DNA of 19,679 nucleotides, from NCBI GenBank assembly GCA_038872135.1, contig JAVZGN010000017.1, positions 2,668 to 22,346 of the forward strand. The letters run 5' to 3'. Position 1 is the first letter of the stretch. Each line of letters begins with the position of its first letter. This stretch comes from Candidatus Hadarchaeales archaeon (GTDB lineage Archaea > Hadarchaeota > Hadarchaeia > Hadarchaeales > Hadarchaeaceae). A model generated the notes under the pieces. That model was not told the origin of the DNA. It did no database searches and saw nothing but the letters and a program-made list of their open reading frames with translations. Positions 7,469 to 15,623 of this stretch are shown here, in pieces. A program made the translations under genes and the position numbers.

Positions 7469-7655
7469 ACCCTCCGCAGCATTTTCAACCCAAAAATCGC
7501 CTCGGTGCCAGATTTCTCCGCAGCACCCAGTAATTTTGACATAGGTAGACTGGAATGCGCACTTCAAGCTTGAAAGTATAACCACCATTATACTTATGGT
7601 GATTATCCACGCAATCCCTAGCGATGGTCATAAAGCGAGAAGAGATCTTCAGGGT

Positions 7656-8537
7656 TCACCCAATTCTCGAGAGCGCTCCGGCAATGAAAGCCACCAGCCC
7701 GAGGCACATCCCGATTTTGTGGGCCAGCGAGGCCTTTCCCGCAGCCTCAGCTTTCTGATCGATAATTATCTTCGTTATTCCCGCGGAAAACGCTGCAACA
7801 GAGAGAATCAGAGGATACAGGTAGTACTCCCCAAAGATCCCGCCAAGATACGGGAGAGGGGAAATCACCACGGCAGCGAGGGTGAAAAGAGCAGCAGCCC
7901 AGGCCGCCCTTTTCTTTCCATAAACAATAGGAAATGTCTTCAGCCTGCATCTCCTGTCCCCCTCCACATCTTCAATTGCCTTTATCAGCTCCCTTCCGAC
8001 TGTAGCGAGCCCGGCCATGAGGACAAGTGTCAACAGCTCAGGCGGAACCAACGCCCCAAACCGGTAGGGAGATGTCGAAAGTCCACCGAAGAGGAAGGTT
8101 GAGCCAACGAGGTAGCCAATTGTGATGTTTCCGAGAATTCCCCTCCTTTTGAGAGCGCCGGCGTAGGCTATCAGAGCAATGGAGTTCGCCGCCGCCAGAA
8201 AAAAGCAGTAAAGATTCCCCATGAGGAGGGAGAGAAGAATCCCGGCGATGAAAAGCCCCCTGGCGGCATCCAGCGCCTTCTCTGGGGAAATCTTCCCAGA
8301 GGGAATCGGCCTCTCGGGCCTGTTTATCCTGTCGATCTCCCTGTCAGCGTAGTCGTTTATAGCATTCCCTCCGGCAGCAACCAGCACCGCCACGAAAAAT
8401 CCAATAGCAAAAATCGGGAGCGGAACCAGCGCCGGTCCGGCAGATATCATCCCTCCAATGAGCACGGCAGCCCCAGCAAAGATGCAGTTGTGCAGCCTGA
8501 TTATCTCAAGCCACGCACGTGATTTCCCGCCCTTCAT
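7656..8537 (-). CDS. Digeranylgeranylglyceryl phosphate (DGGGP) synthase, UbiA prenyltransferase family
   Basis: GNAINDYADREIDRINRPERPIPSG and RELIKAIEDVEGD aspartate-rich motifs; multiple transmembrane helices. Confidence 0.9.
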   Translation of the reverse strand: MKGGKSRAWLEIIRLHNCIFAGAAVLIGGMISAGPALVPLPIFAIGFFVAVLVAAGGNAINDYADREIDRINRPERPIPSGKISPEKALDAARGLFIAGILLSLLMGNLYCFFLAAANSIALIAYAGALKRRGILGNITIGYLVGSTFLFGGLSTSPYRFGALVPPELLTLVLMAGLATVGRELIKAIEDVEGDRRCRLKTFPIVYGKKRAAWAAALFTLAAVVISPLPYLGGIFGEYYLYPLILSVAAFSAGITKIIIDQKAEAAGKASLAHKIGMCLGLVAFIAGALSRIG

Positions 8538-9376
8538 CTTTTCATCCCTCTGAGCTTTTTCAAAATTTCTGCAGGCATTTCGTAGCTGTGCTCGAGATCA
8601 GGGAACTTCCCCTCCTTGACTTCCATTTTAAACCTCTTCAGTGCCCTCAGCATCTCCCCCCTGAGATTTGCATAGGATTTCACAAACTTCGGCAACTCAG
8701 GCCCGGTCAGTCCAACGAGATCGTGGAGCACGAGGACCTGCCCGTCGCAGAATGGGCCGGCGCCTATCCCAATCGTCGGTATCTTCAGCTTCTCCGTCAC
8801 CACTTTCGCAAGCTGCCACGGCACACACTCCAAAACCAGGCTGAAGACCCCAGCCCTCTCAAGTTTTACAGCATCCTCAATGATTTTTTTTGCGTTCTCA
8901 ACATCCTTTCCCCTTACCCTATATCCCCCCAGCTGATGGATCCACTGCGGGGTCAGGCCGATATGCCCCATCACCGGTATGCCGGCCTCGACAATCGCCC
9001 TAATTTTTTTAATCATCTCCCCTCCTCCCTCAACCTTCACAGCTTTCGCGTGCCCCTCCTTCAGAAATCTCCCGGCATTTCTTATTGCGTCCTCAACGCT
9101 CGCCTGGTAAGACATAAACGGCATATCCCCGACAACCATCGCCCTTCTAGCCCCTCTGGCAACCGCTCTAGTGTGGTGAATCATCTCCTCCATGGTGACC
9201 CCAAGGGTGTCCTGGTAGCCGAGCATGATAGAGGCTAGAGAATCGCCCACGAGGATGACATCAACCCCGGCCTCCTCCAGCATTCTGGAAGTGAAATAAT
9301 CGTAAGCCGCCACCATCACTATCTTTTCACCCCGCCTCTTCATCTCCTGGAGGAGCGGGACCGTCACCTTTTCCAT
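8534..9376 (-). CDS. panB: 3-methyl-2-oxobutanoate (ketopantoate) hydroxymethyltransferase
   Basis: ILVGDSL, GDMPFMSY, AVKVEGG, PVMGHIGLTPQ, PTIGIGAG.CDGQVLV motifs; 4-nt ATGA overlap with the downstream gene. Confidence 0.97.
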   Translation of the reverse strand: MEKVTVPLLQEMKRRGEKIVMVAAYDYFTSRMLEEAGVDVILVGDSLASIMLGYQDTLGVTMEEMIHHTRAVARGARRAMVVGDMPFMSYQASVEDAIRNAGRFLKEGHAKAVKVEGGGEMIKKIRAIVEAGIPVMGHIGLTPQWIHQLGGYRVRGKDVENAKKIIEDAVKLERAGVFSLVLECVPWQLAKVVTEKLKIPTIGIGAGPFCDGQVLVLHDLVGLTGPELPKFVKSYANLRGEMLRALKRFKMEVKEGKFPDLEHSYEMPAEILKKLRGMKR

Positions 9377-9486
9377 CCAATCATATCAAAATCCCCGGCA
9401 CCTTCTAAAGGCTGTTGGATGGGCCGAGCATTCAGTTTTCAACCCTTGTCCATAGTCAGGCTGTAATTTTCTGGAACTTGCATTCC

Positions 9487-9500
9487 AAAACCTTTTTAGG
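9487..9500 (+). promoter_or_regulatory. Putative BRE/TATA element for dnaG
   Basis: aaaacctttttagg resembles an archaeal BRE plus TATA, implying a start site near 9520. Confidence 0.4.
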
Positions 9501-9647
9501 CGCCCCAGCGAGATTTATTTGCTCATCAATCAAGCCAGGCTCACGCTAAACTGGTTCTGGCTTCAAACGGGCGTGTTGCCCTTGGAAGAGAAAAAACTGG
9601 AAGCCCAGATTGCCGAGAGGCTCGGCGAGAAGAAGGAGGAAAGTCAC

Positions 9648-10784
9648 ATGCAGGAGGAGATCGGTACAGCTAAATATCTGATAAAGGCGAGGCTGGAGGC
9701 AAGCGGTGTGGTTGAGCGTCCAGACGTTGTAGGTGCAGTCTTCGGCCAGACTGAGGGTCTTCTGGGCGAAGAGCTGGATTTGAGGGAACTCCTGAAGAGC
9801 GGGAGGATAGGGAGGATAAAGGTTGACCTGAAAACAGAGCAGGGCAAAACCACCGGGACGATATTCATCCCCTCAAGTCTTGACAGGGTCGAAACGGCAA
9901 TAATCGCCGCAGCCCTCGAGACCATCGAGAGGATAGGTCCCTGCGAGGCAAAGATAGCAGTCGAGGAGATCCGGGACCTCCGAGACAAAAAGAGGAAGTA
10001 TGTGATGGAGCGGGCCAAGGAGATCCTTCAGAAGTTCGAGGAGCTGGTGCCGGAGAGCCAGGAGATAACGGAGCTTGTGAAAGACACGATAAAGGCAGAG
10101 GACATCTCAGATTACCACGGCCTTCCGGCGGGGCCAGGACTTCTAGAGTCAGATGCAATAATTGTTGTAGAGGGGAGGGCAGATGTCCTCAATCTTTTGA
10201 GGGCGGGCATAAAGAACACGATTGCCGTTGAGGGAACAAATGTCCCGAAGGCTGTTGCTGATCTCACAAAGGATAAAATAGTCACAGCTTTCCTCGACAA
10301 CGACCGGGGAGGGGACCTGATTCTCAAGGAACTCCTCCAGGTTGCAAAAATAGATTTCGTGGCGAGACCCCCTCCCGGAAGAAGTGTTGAGGAGCTGACG
10401 AAAAAAGAGATAATGAAAGCCTTGAAGGATAAGGTTCCAGTGGAAGTAATTCTGGCGAAGGAAAGGAAGGCAGAACACAGAGAGAGCCCAGATGAAATGG
10501 CTCAAATAAAAAGGAAGATGGAGGAGCTCCAGAACACCCTCAAGGGGGTTCTCTTGGATGAAAACTTCAACCAGGTGGTGGAAGTCCCAGTGAACGAGCT
10601 CAGAAGTGCGATAGAGAAGCACCAGGGCGTGAGGGCGATAGTCTTCGATGGAATAGTCACCCAGGATCTGGTCGATGCGGCTGCTTCGGCAGGAATCAGA
10701 TACCTTGCGGGTGCCAGATCAAGGGCGGAGAACATCCCGCGGGGCCTGCGGGTGATCACTTTCGCTGACTTCCGAAGGCGTTGA
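9648..10784 (+). CDS. dnaG: Archaeal DnaG (TOPRIM domain; annotated as primase, known as an exosome-associated RNA-binding subunit)
   Basis: [50 protein letters not shown] motifs; GGAGG SD at 9635-9639 supports ATG 9648 over TTG 9519. Confidence 0.95.
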   Translation: MQEEIGTAKYLIKARLEASGVVERPDVVGAVFGQTEGLLGEELDLRELLKSGRIGRIKVDLKTEQGKTTGTIFIPSSLDRVETAIIAAALETIERIGPCEAKIAVEEIRDLRDKKRKYVMERAKEILQKFEELVPESQEITELVKDTIKAEDISDYHGLPAGPGLLESDAIIVVEGRADVLNLLRAGIKNTIAVEGTNVPKAVADLTKDKIVTAFLDNDRGGDLILKELLQVAKIDFVARPPPGRSVEELTKKEIMKALKDKVPVEVILAKERKAEHRESPDEMAQIKRKMEELQNTLKGVLLDENFNQVVEVPVNELRSAIEKHQGVRAIVFDGIVTQDLVDAAASAGIRYLAGARSRAENIPRGLRVITFADFRRR

Positions 10785-11241
10785 TCTGTGAAAGAGATTT
10801 TTCCATAGTCACCGCTGTTTCCCCATCCGCGTAGTAATATGGGACTTCATGCCTCTCCACAAACCCAAGTTTTCTGTAGAATTCTCTCGCACCAGTGTTG
10901 CTCTTCCTCACCTCTAGTTTTGCGACTTCAGCCCCAATTCTCGCAAACCTGGTCAAAACCTCTTCCATGAGCGCCGACCCAATTTTCCTCCTCCTGTAAT
11001 CTGGGCTGACCCCGATCGCGAGAATGTGGCCAACCTTCCCCCACTTCACAGCACCGATGATGTACCCAACCACCCCGTCCCCGTTATCCGCGACGAGAAA
11101 TGTGCTCCGGTACATCGAGAGTAGGCGGGTGAGGAGGCTGAGGGGGTATGGGTCTGGGAAGCACATGTACTCTATGTCCAGTATCGCCTTCAGGTCCCTT
11201 TCCTCGACCTCCCTAACAAAAAAATCTCGTTCAGCGCCCAT
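10756..11241 (-). CDS. rimI: RimI/Ard1-family N-acetyltransferase (GNAT)
   Basis: [22 protein letters not shown] acetyl-CoA motif, [24 protein letters not shown]; convergent 29-nt overlap with dnaG. Confidence 0.9.
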   Translation of the reverse strand: MGAERDFFVREVEERDLKAILDIEYMCFPDPYPLSLLTRLLSMYRSTFLVADNGDGVVGYIIGAVKWGKVGHILAIGVSPDYRRRKIGSALMEEVLTRFARIGAEVAKLEVRKSNTGAREFYRKLGFVERHEVPYYYADGETAVTMEKSLSQINAFGSQRK

Positions 11242-11283
11242 GCTCTCTGAATGAAGTTATAAAACTGGAAAATAAAATCGTTG

Positions 11284-11694
11284 ATGGTCAAGATGACGAC
11301 TCCAAAGAAGCGCGGCACAAACTTTGAGTACCGGGTGGCGTATCTCTTTGAGTCGTTTGGCTATGAGTGGGATCGCTCGGGAAGCTCTCTGGGAATAGAT
11401 TTGAAAATTTCTAAGGATGGACGGCTCAGATATCTGATCAGCTGCAAGAAGACATCCGCCAAGGAGATGATATATGTCCCAAAATCTGAGGCGGAGTTCC
11501 TGAGCGCTTGTGCAAAGAAATGCGGCGCGGAGCCGCTGATTTGCTTCAGCTTTTACAGGGCCCCGATTCTTGCTCTCCCGCTCTCTCTTCTCAAAAAATT
11601 ACCCAAAACGCGGCTTTTCTTCAAAATAAACAGGTCGGCTGGAGTGCCGTTAAAAGACTTCCTAAAGCGCCACCAGAAACAGGCGGAAAAATAG
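11284..11694 (+). CDS. hjc: Hjc-like Holliday junction resolvase / PD-(D/E)xK nuclease with an atypical SCK motif
   Basis: KRGTNFEYRVAYLFESFGY..RSGSS.GIDL...LISCKKT...IYV matches the Hjc layout; start is 11284 or 11293; TTATAAAA at 11257-11264. Confidence 0.72.
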   Translation: MVKMTTPKKRGTNFEYRVAYLFESFGYEWDRSGSSLGIDLKISKDGRLRYLISCKKTSAKEMIYVPKSEAEFLSACAKKCGAEPLICFSFYRAPILALPLSLLKKLPKTRLFFKINRSAGVPLKDFLKRHQKQAEK

Positions 11695-11938
11695 CCACGA
11701 CATCTCCATCAGCCAGTTTTGTCTTGAGCCCCCCAGTCAAAGAAATCCCCATCCCATTGACAAGAATATACACAGTGTCTTTAAGCTTTCCTCCCGAGAA
11801 CAGCTCCGCCGCAAGCTTCTCACCAAATCTCTTAACCAGTTCATCCAGCAGCGATGAAACATCTCCTGCAGATACCTCTACTTCCTCCACCCCAGCAGCT
11901 TCCCTAAAGTTCGCAAAAAACTTCACGGTCACCGGCAA
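11621..11938 (-). CDS. MoaD/SAMP-family ubiquitin-like sulfur carrier with a 15-aa extension after the Gly-Gly
   Basis: VKFFANFRE, ILVNG, L.DGD.VAIFPPVSGG, then ALGSLLTALQPTCLF; the TTG start abuts the hemerythrin stop. Confidence 0.9.
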   Translation of the reverse strand: MPVTVKFFANFREAAGVEEVEVSAGDVSSLLDELVKRFGEKLAAELFSGGKLKDTVYILVNGMGISLTGGLKTKLADGDVVAIFPPVSGGALGSLLTALQPTCLF

Positions 11939-12412
11939 TCAAATCCCCCACACAACTGGAGAAATCTCGGTCAGCACACATAAAATTCTTCTCCTCTGTT
12001 CCTCGGTCAGCTTTTCTATCGCGGGAAAAATCACTTCTTCCTCTAGGGCGAAGTGTTTCTTCATGAACTCTATCAGAGTTTTTGCAGAGCGGACGGCCGA
12101 GTTCTTCATCTTCTCTTCCCGGTATTCAACAGCTCTTGCTATATCTTTCTTGGCCACCGAGAGTATCCTTTCCCAATCATCTGCTTCCATGTCGGTAAAC
12201 TTCACCGGGAGCTTTCTCGGAATCATGTCTAGTTCAGCGTAAATCGTCTCCTTTTCCAAATTGAAGTGATCCCAGAGATTCTCCACCAGTCTCACAAGCC
12301 TCTCAAGGACTTTCCAAACATCGGCCTCTTTTGAAAGCATCTTCTCTATTGTAGCTATCTCCTTCAAAGCCCCTTCATGTTCAGTTTTCAGATATTCCAC
12401 TATCTCGTTCAT
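11939..12412 (-). CDS. Hemerythrin/HHE cation-binding domain protein
   Basis: LKTEH, HFNLE..TIY and HFALEEEVIFP motifs; all-helical pattern. Confidence 0.82.
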   Translation of the reverse strand: MNEIVEYLKTEHEGALKEIATIEKMLSKEADVWKVLERLVRLVENLWDHFNLEKETIYAELDMIPRKLPVKFTDMEADDWERILSVAKKDIARAVEYREEKMKNSAVRSAKTLIEFMKKHFALEEEVIFPAIEKLTEEQRRRILCVLTEISPVVWGI

Positions 12413-12421
12413 ACAATTCCC

Positions 12422-13051
12422 CTACTTTAGCACCTCTCCAGTTTTTAAATACCAGAGGAAGAGGTCAAGCTCTCCTGGGGGCATCTTCACCCTCTTCGCC
12501 ATTGAACAGAACTTTTTCTCATACTCGAGATATCTCCTTCTCGTGAGGGCACCACCCCCCCAATCTATAATGCCATTTTCCTTCATGAGAGATAGGATGT
12601 GGCGGTCCAGGATGGCGAAATCCAAGAACCCAACATTTCTCAGAAAATGGCTTGCCTCCTTGTATCCTATGCCCAATACATTTGAAGCTAGCCACTCCCT
12701 CATCTCGGTGGGATCTTCCATCTCCAGCAAAATCTCCTTTATTTTCAGATATCTCCTGGCAGCCACGATGAACCTTGCCCTCTGGCTGTAAAACCTGTGG
12801 CCGGCCTCTCTCAGCTTCTTCACCAGTGTTGAAAACGGCAGATGGATGAATCCATCGCTTCCAAGCTCCTCCTGAATTTTTATCCCAAGCTTTGCTGAGG
12901 AGTTGGCGGTGAGAATGCAGAAGCACAGCTCAGAGAACCACCGTTCATCCCCTTCCATGCCGGTTCTTTTGAATTCATCAATCCGCCGAGCCACAGTTTC
13001 CCCCACTTCGCCTCTTTTGAGATCCATCACCAGCTCCACCAGCTTCTCCAT
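12422..13051 (-). CDS. ogg: 8-oxoguanine DNA glycosylase/AP lyase (Ogg2-type N-glycosylase/DNA lyase)
   Basis: ELCFCILTANSSA, HhH motif GIGYKEASHFLRNVG, AILDRH, C-terminal TGEVLK ending in the characteristic Lys. Confidence 0.95.
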   Translation of the reverse strand: MEKLVELVMDLKRGEVGETVARRIDEFKRTGMEGDERWFSELCFCILTANSSAKLGIKIQEELGSDGFIHLPFSTLVKKLREAGHRFYSQRARFIVAARRYLKIKEILLEMEDPTEMREWLASNVLGIGYKEASHFLRNVGFLDFAILDRHILSLMKENGIIDWGGGALTRRRYLEYEKKFCSMAKRVKMPPGELDLFLWYLKTGEVLK

Positions 13052-13099
13052 TTAATCTGAGATGCTTTTTTACCGGATGAAATAAGTAATTTTGTTTGC

Positions 13100-15550
13100 A
13101 TGGTTGGAGGATATGCTGGCAGGATCCTCAGAGTAAACCTGGCTGAGAAAAAGATTGTAGATGAGCCGCTAGATCTGAGAATTGCATACAATTTTCTGGG
13201 GGGACGTGGTTATGGAGCATACATCCTCTACAAAGAGCTGAAGCCGAAAGTAGATCCACTTTCTCAAAATAACAAAATTGTGGTGATGACCGGTCCTCTC
13301 ACAGGAACGATGTTCCCGGGAGCCGGCAGAACTGCAGTTTGTTCAAAATCTCCATTGACAGGCACAATAGCGGATTCTCTCATGGGCGGTTCATTTGGAG
13401 TTTTTCTCAAGCGGGCCTTATTCGATGGAATCATTATTGAGGGCAAGGCCGAAAAACCGGTTTATCTTGTGGTTGAGGATGGCGAGGCTTCTCTCGAGGA
13501 CGCCGGCGATATCTGGAGCAGGGGAACAGCCGAGACAAAGGAGCTCCTCCTTAAAAAACATCCCGGCTCCTCCGTCGCAGCAATTGGGCCGGCTGGAGAA
13601 AACCTCTGTAGATTCTCGACAATTTCATCTGGTGGTAGTGGCAGGGACGGCATCGCTGGGAGATGCGGCATGGGGACGGTGATGGGGTCAAAAAATCTCA
13701 AGGCGATAGTGGCATGTGGCTCGGCGAAAATCGAGATCTCCGATGAGAAAAATGCTCAGAAGCTCTTGAGGAAGATAAGGGGGCTTGTGGAAAACCATCC
13801 GATAACAGGCTCAGATGGAAGTCTCGCGAGATTTGGAACTGGAGTCCTCGTTCACAAGATAGCATCCGCCGGTCTTCTCCCATCCTTCAACTTTTCAAAC
13901 AAAAAACTTGATTACAAAGAGGTAGACCCATTCTCCGGGGAAACTGTAAAGGAAAAATATCTCTTGAGACGCACAGCCTGCTTTGCATGTCCAACCGCCT
14001 GCGGTAGATGGGTGAGGGTTGGAGTTTGGGAAGGAAAGGGTCCAGAGTTCGAGAGTGTGGCGATGCTCGGCCCAAACGCCGGCTTTTTTGATTATGAGAA
14101 AGAGATAGTCCCTCTGAGCAACCTTTGCGACGATTTGGGTCTAGACACAATTTCCGCTGGTGCCTTGTTGGGCTACCTCAGGAAAGCCGGCAAGATAACC
14201 AGCGTTGGTGATGCAGTGAAGGTTCTGCAAGATGCAGCTTCTGGAAAATCGCTTTTCAGCTTGGGCTTGGCGGAAGTAGCCAAGAAGATTCGTGGTCCGG
14301 TAGCTCCAGTGGTTAAAGGACTGGAAATGCCCGCTTACGATCCCAGAGGGGCAAGGGGGATCGCCCTGGCTTATGCTACCTCAAACAGAGGGGCCTGCCA
14401 CCTCCGGGCATACACCATCGCCCCGGAAATCTACAGCAACCCAGAGTTCGTGGATCCATCAACAGAAGTAGGAAAAGCATCTCTGGTTAAAAAAATCCAG
14501 GATGCTTACGCCGTCTACGATTCCTTGGTGGCATGCAAGTTTCACAGTTTTGCGCTCTTTGCTACTCTCGACTTTGAGTTAGATGATATCGCAAGGCTCC
14601 TGACAGCCGTCACAGGGTTAATGTGGACTGGAAAGCATCTGAAGGAGGTCGGAGCCAGAATCTATTCTCTCGAAAGAATGTTCAATGTGAGAGAGGGTTT
14701 CACGGCAAAGGATGATTCACTGCCAAAGGAGTTCGGAATAAATCTCCAACGCATGCTTTCAGAGTATTACAGGGAGAGGGGCTGGAGCGCCTCGGGGGTG
14801 CCGAAGAAGACAATTCAACTGAGAAATGTTAGGAGGGGAAAGCTAGGTGATTTCAAGCTCACCCCACTGGAAGGTCTGAAGTTCCCACAACTTCAGGTGG
14901 CTCTAGACCTGGATGCAGATCTCTCCACAATTGAGAAAATAGCAAAAGAAGCCTACGCTGGAGGGGCGAGAATAATTGAGGCTGGCACCCCGGCGATCAA
15001 AAGGCATGGCGTGGAGAAGCTCCTGCCTAGGCTTAGAAAGGCTGCTCCGGAAGCGATCCTGGTGGCAGACCTAAAGACAATGGATGTGGGAAATCTTGAG
15101 GCGAGGATTGCTTTTAGGGCGGGAGCGGATATCTCGGCAGTTTTGGCGATAGGCGGAAAAGCGAAGATAGTTGAGGCAGTGGGCGAAGCCATCCGCTGGG
15201 ACAGGGCAATTCTAATAGATTTCATCGATTGCCAGGACCCGCTGGCGGTGATGGAAGATTTGGCAAAGGAACTGGTTGGACATGAAGACAGGGTAATCTT
15301 TTGCATTCACAGGGGGATAAGCGAGCAGCTGAAGGGCCGGGGGATCCACGAGCAGGCCCAGCTGATAGCCGAGGCAAAGAAGATCGCGGGCAGGTTCCCA
15401 CTTGCAGTGGCCGGGGGGATAAAGGAAGGAGTGGCAAAGGATGTGGCTGCGGCAGGAGCGGACATTTGCATCGCCGGAGGCGCCATCTACAACTCTGCTG
15501 ATCCAAGAGAAGCCGCAAGGAGAATCCTGAAAGAAATAGTTTCCAAGTGA
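13100..15550 (+). CDS. Fusion protein: tungstopterin aldehyde:ferredoxin oxidoreductase (AOR/FOR family, aa 1 to about 570) plus 3-hexulose-6-phosphate synthase-like domain (HPS/KGPDC, aa about 596-816)
   Basis: AOR part: GGRG, KSPLTG, IGPAGEN, GR.GMG.VMGSKNLKAI, CFACPTAC plus distal C (ACKF), GPEFE, DDLGLDTIS, RGACH, YYRERGW..GVP. HPS part: LQVALD, IEAGTP.IK.G, ADLKTMD, HRG, VAGGI, GGAI. No stop in the linker. Confidence 0.93.
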   Translation: MVGGYAGRILRVNLAEKKIVDEPLDLRIAYNFLGGRGYGAYILYKELKPKVDPLSQNNKIVVMTGPLTGTMFPGAGRTAVCSKSPLTGTIADSLMGGSFGVFLKRALFDGIIIEGKAEKPVYLVVEDGEASLEDAGDIWSRGTAETKELLLKKHPGSSVAAIGPAGENLCRFSTISSGGSGRDGIAGRCGMGTVMGSKNLKAIVACGSAKIEISDEKNAQKLLRKIRGLVENHPITGSDGSLARFGTGVLVHKIASAGLLPSFNFSNKKLDYKEVDPFSGETVKEKYLLRRTACFACPTACGRWVRVGVWEGKGPEFESVAMLGPNAGFFDYEKEIVPLSNLCDDLGLDTISAGALLGYLRKAGKITSVGDAVKVLQDAASGKSLFSLGLAEVAKKIRGPVAPVVKGLEMPAYDPRGARGIALAYATSNRGACHLRAYTIAPEIYSNPEFVDPSTEVGKASLVKKIQDAYAVYDSLVACKFHSFALFATLDFELDDIARLLTAVTGLMWTGKHLKEVGARIYSLERMFNVREGFTAKDDSLPKEFGINLQRMLSEYYRERGWSASGVPKKTIQLRNVRRGKLGDFKLTPLEGLKFPQLQVALDLDADLSTIEKIAKEAYAGGARIIEAGTPAIKRHGVEKLLPRLRKAAPEAILVADLKTMDVGNLEARIAFRAGADISAVLAIGGKAKIVEAVGEAIRWDRAILIDFIDCQDPLAVMEDLAKELVGHEDRVIFCIHRGISEQLKGRGIHEQAQLIAEAKKIAGRFPLAVAGGIKEGVAKDVAAAGADICIAGGAIYNSADPREAARRILKEIVSK

Positions 15551-15623
15551 TATTGTCTCTAAAAACGATCACCGCTGCGACAGGCCATCATCACTTTTCT
15601 CCAGCAGAAAGCGGCGGCTGAAA

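Noticed and set aside
7485-7631. 48-codon minus-strand ORF (MTIARDCVDNHHKY...) after the DGGGP synthase gene
   Set aside because: No SD, no recognisable motif, and a length compatible with chance; cannot be supported without homologues
9519-9647. 43-aa N-terminal extension of DnaG from TTG 9519
   Set aside because: DnaG similarity begins at [10 protein letters not shown], and an SD precedes ATG 9648
11508-12242. 244-aa plus-strand ORF; similar long ORFs at 7596-8102, 8519-9238 and 18605-19297
   Set aside because: Antisense to clearly identified genes, with Ser/Phe/Pro-rich shadow composition
14805-14885. AOR and HPS as two genes merged by ORF calling
   Set aside because: The linker has no in-frame stop and no in-frame ATG/GTG/TTG before the LQVALD motif, so the sequence as given supports a real fusion; read-level confirmation is still needed
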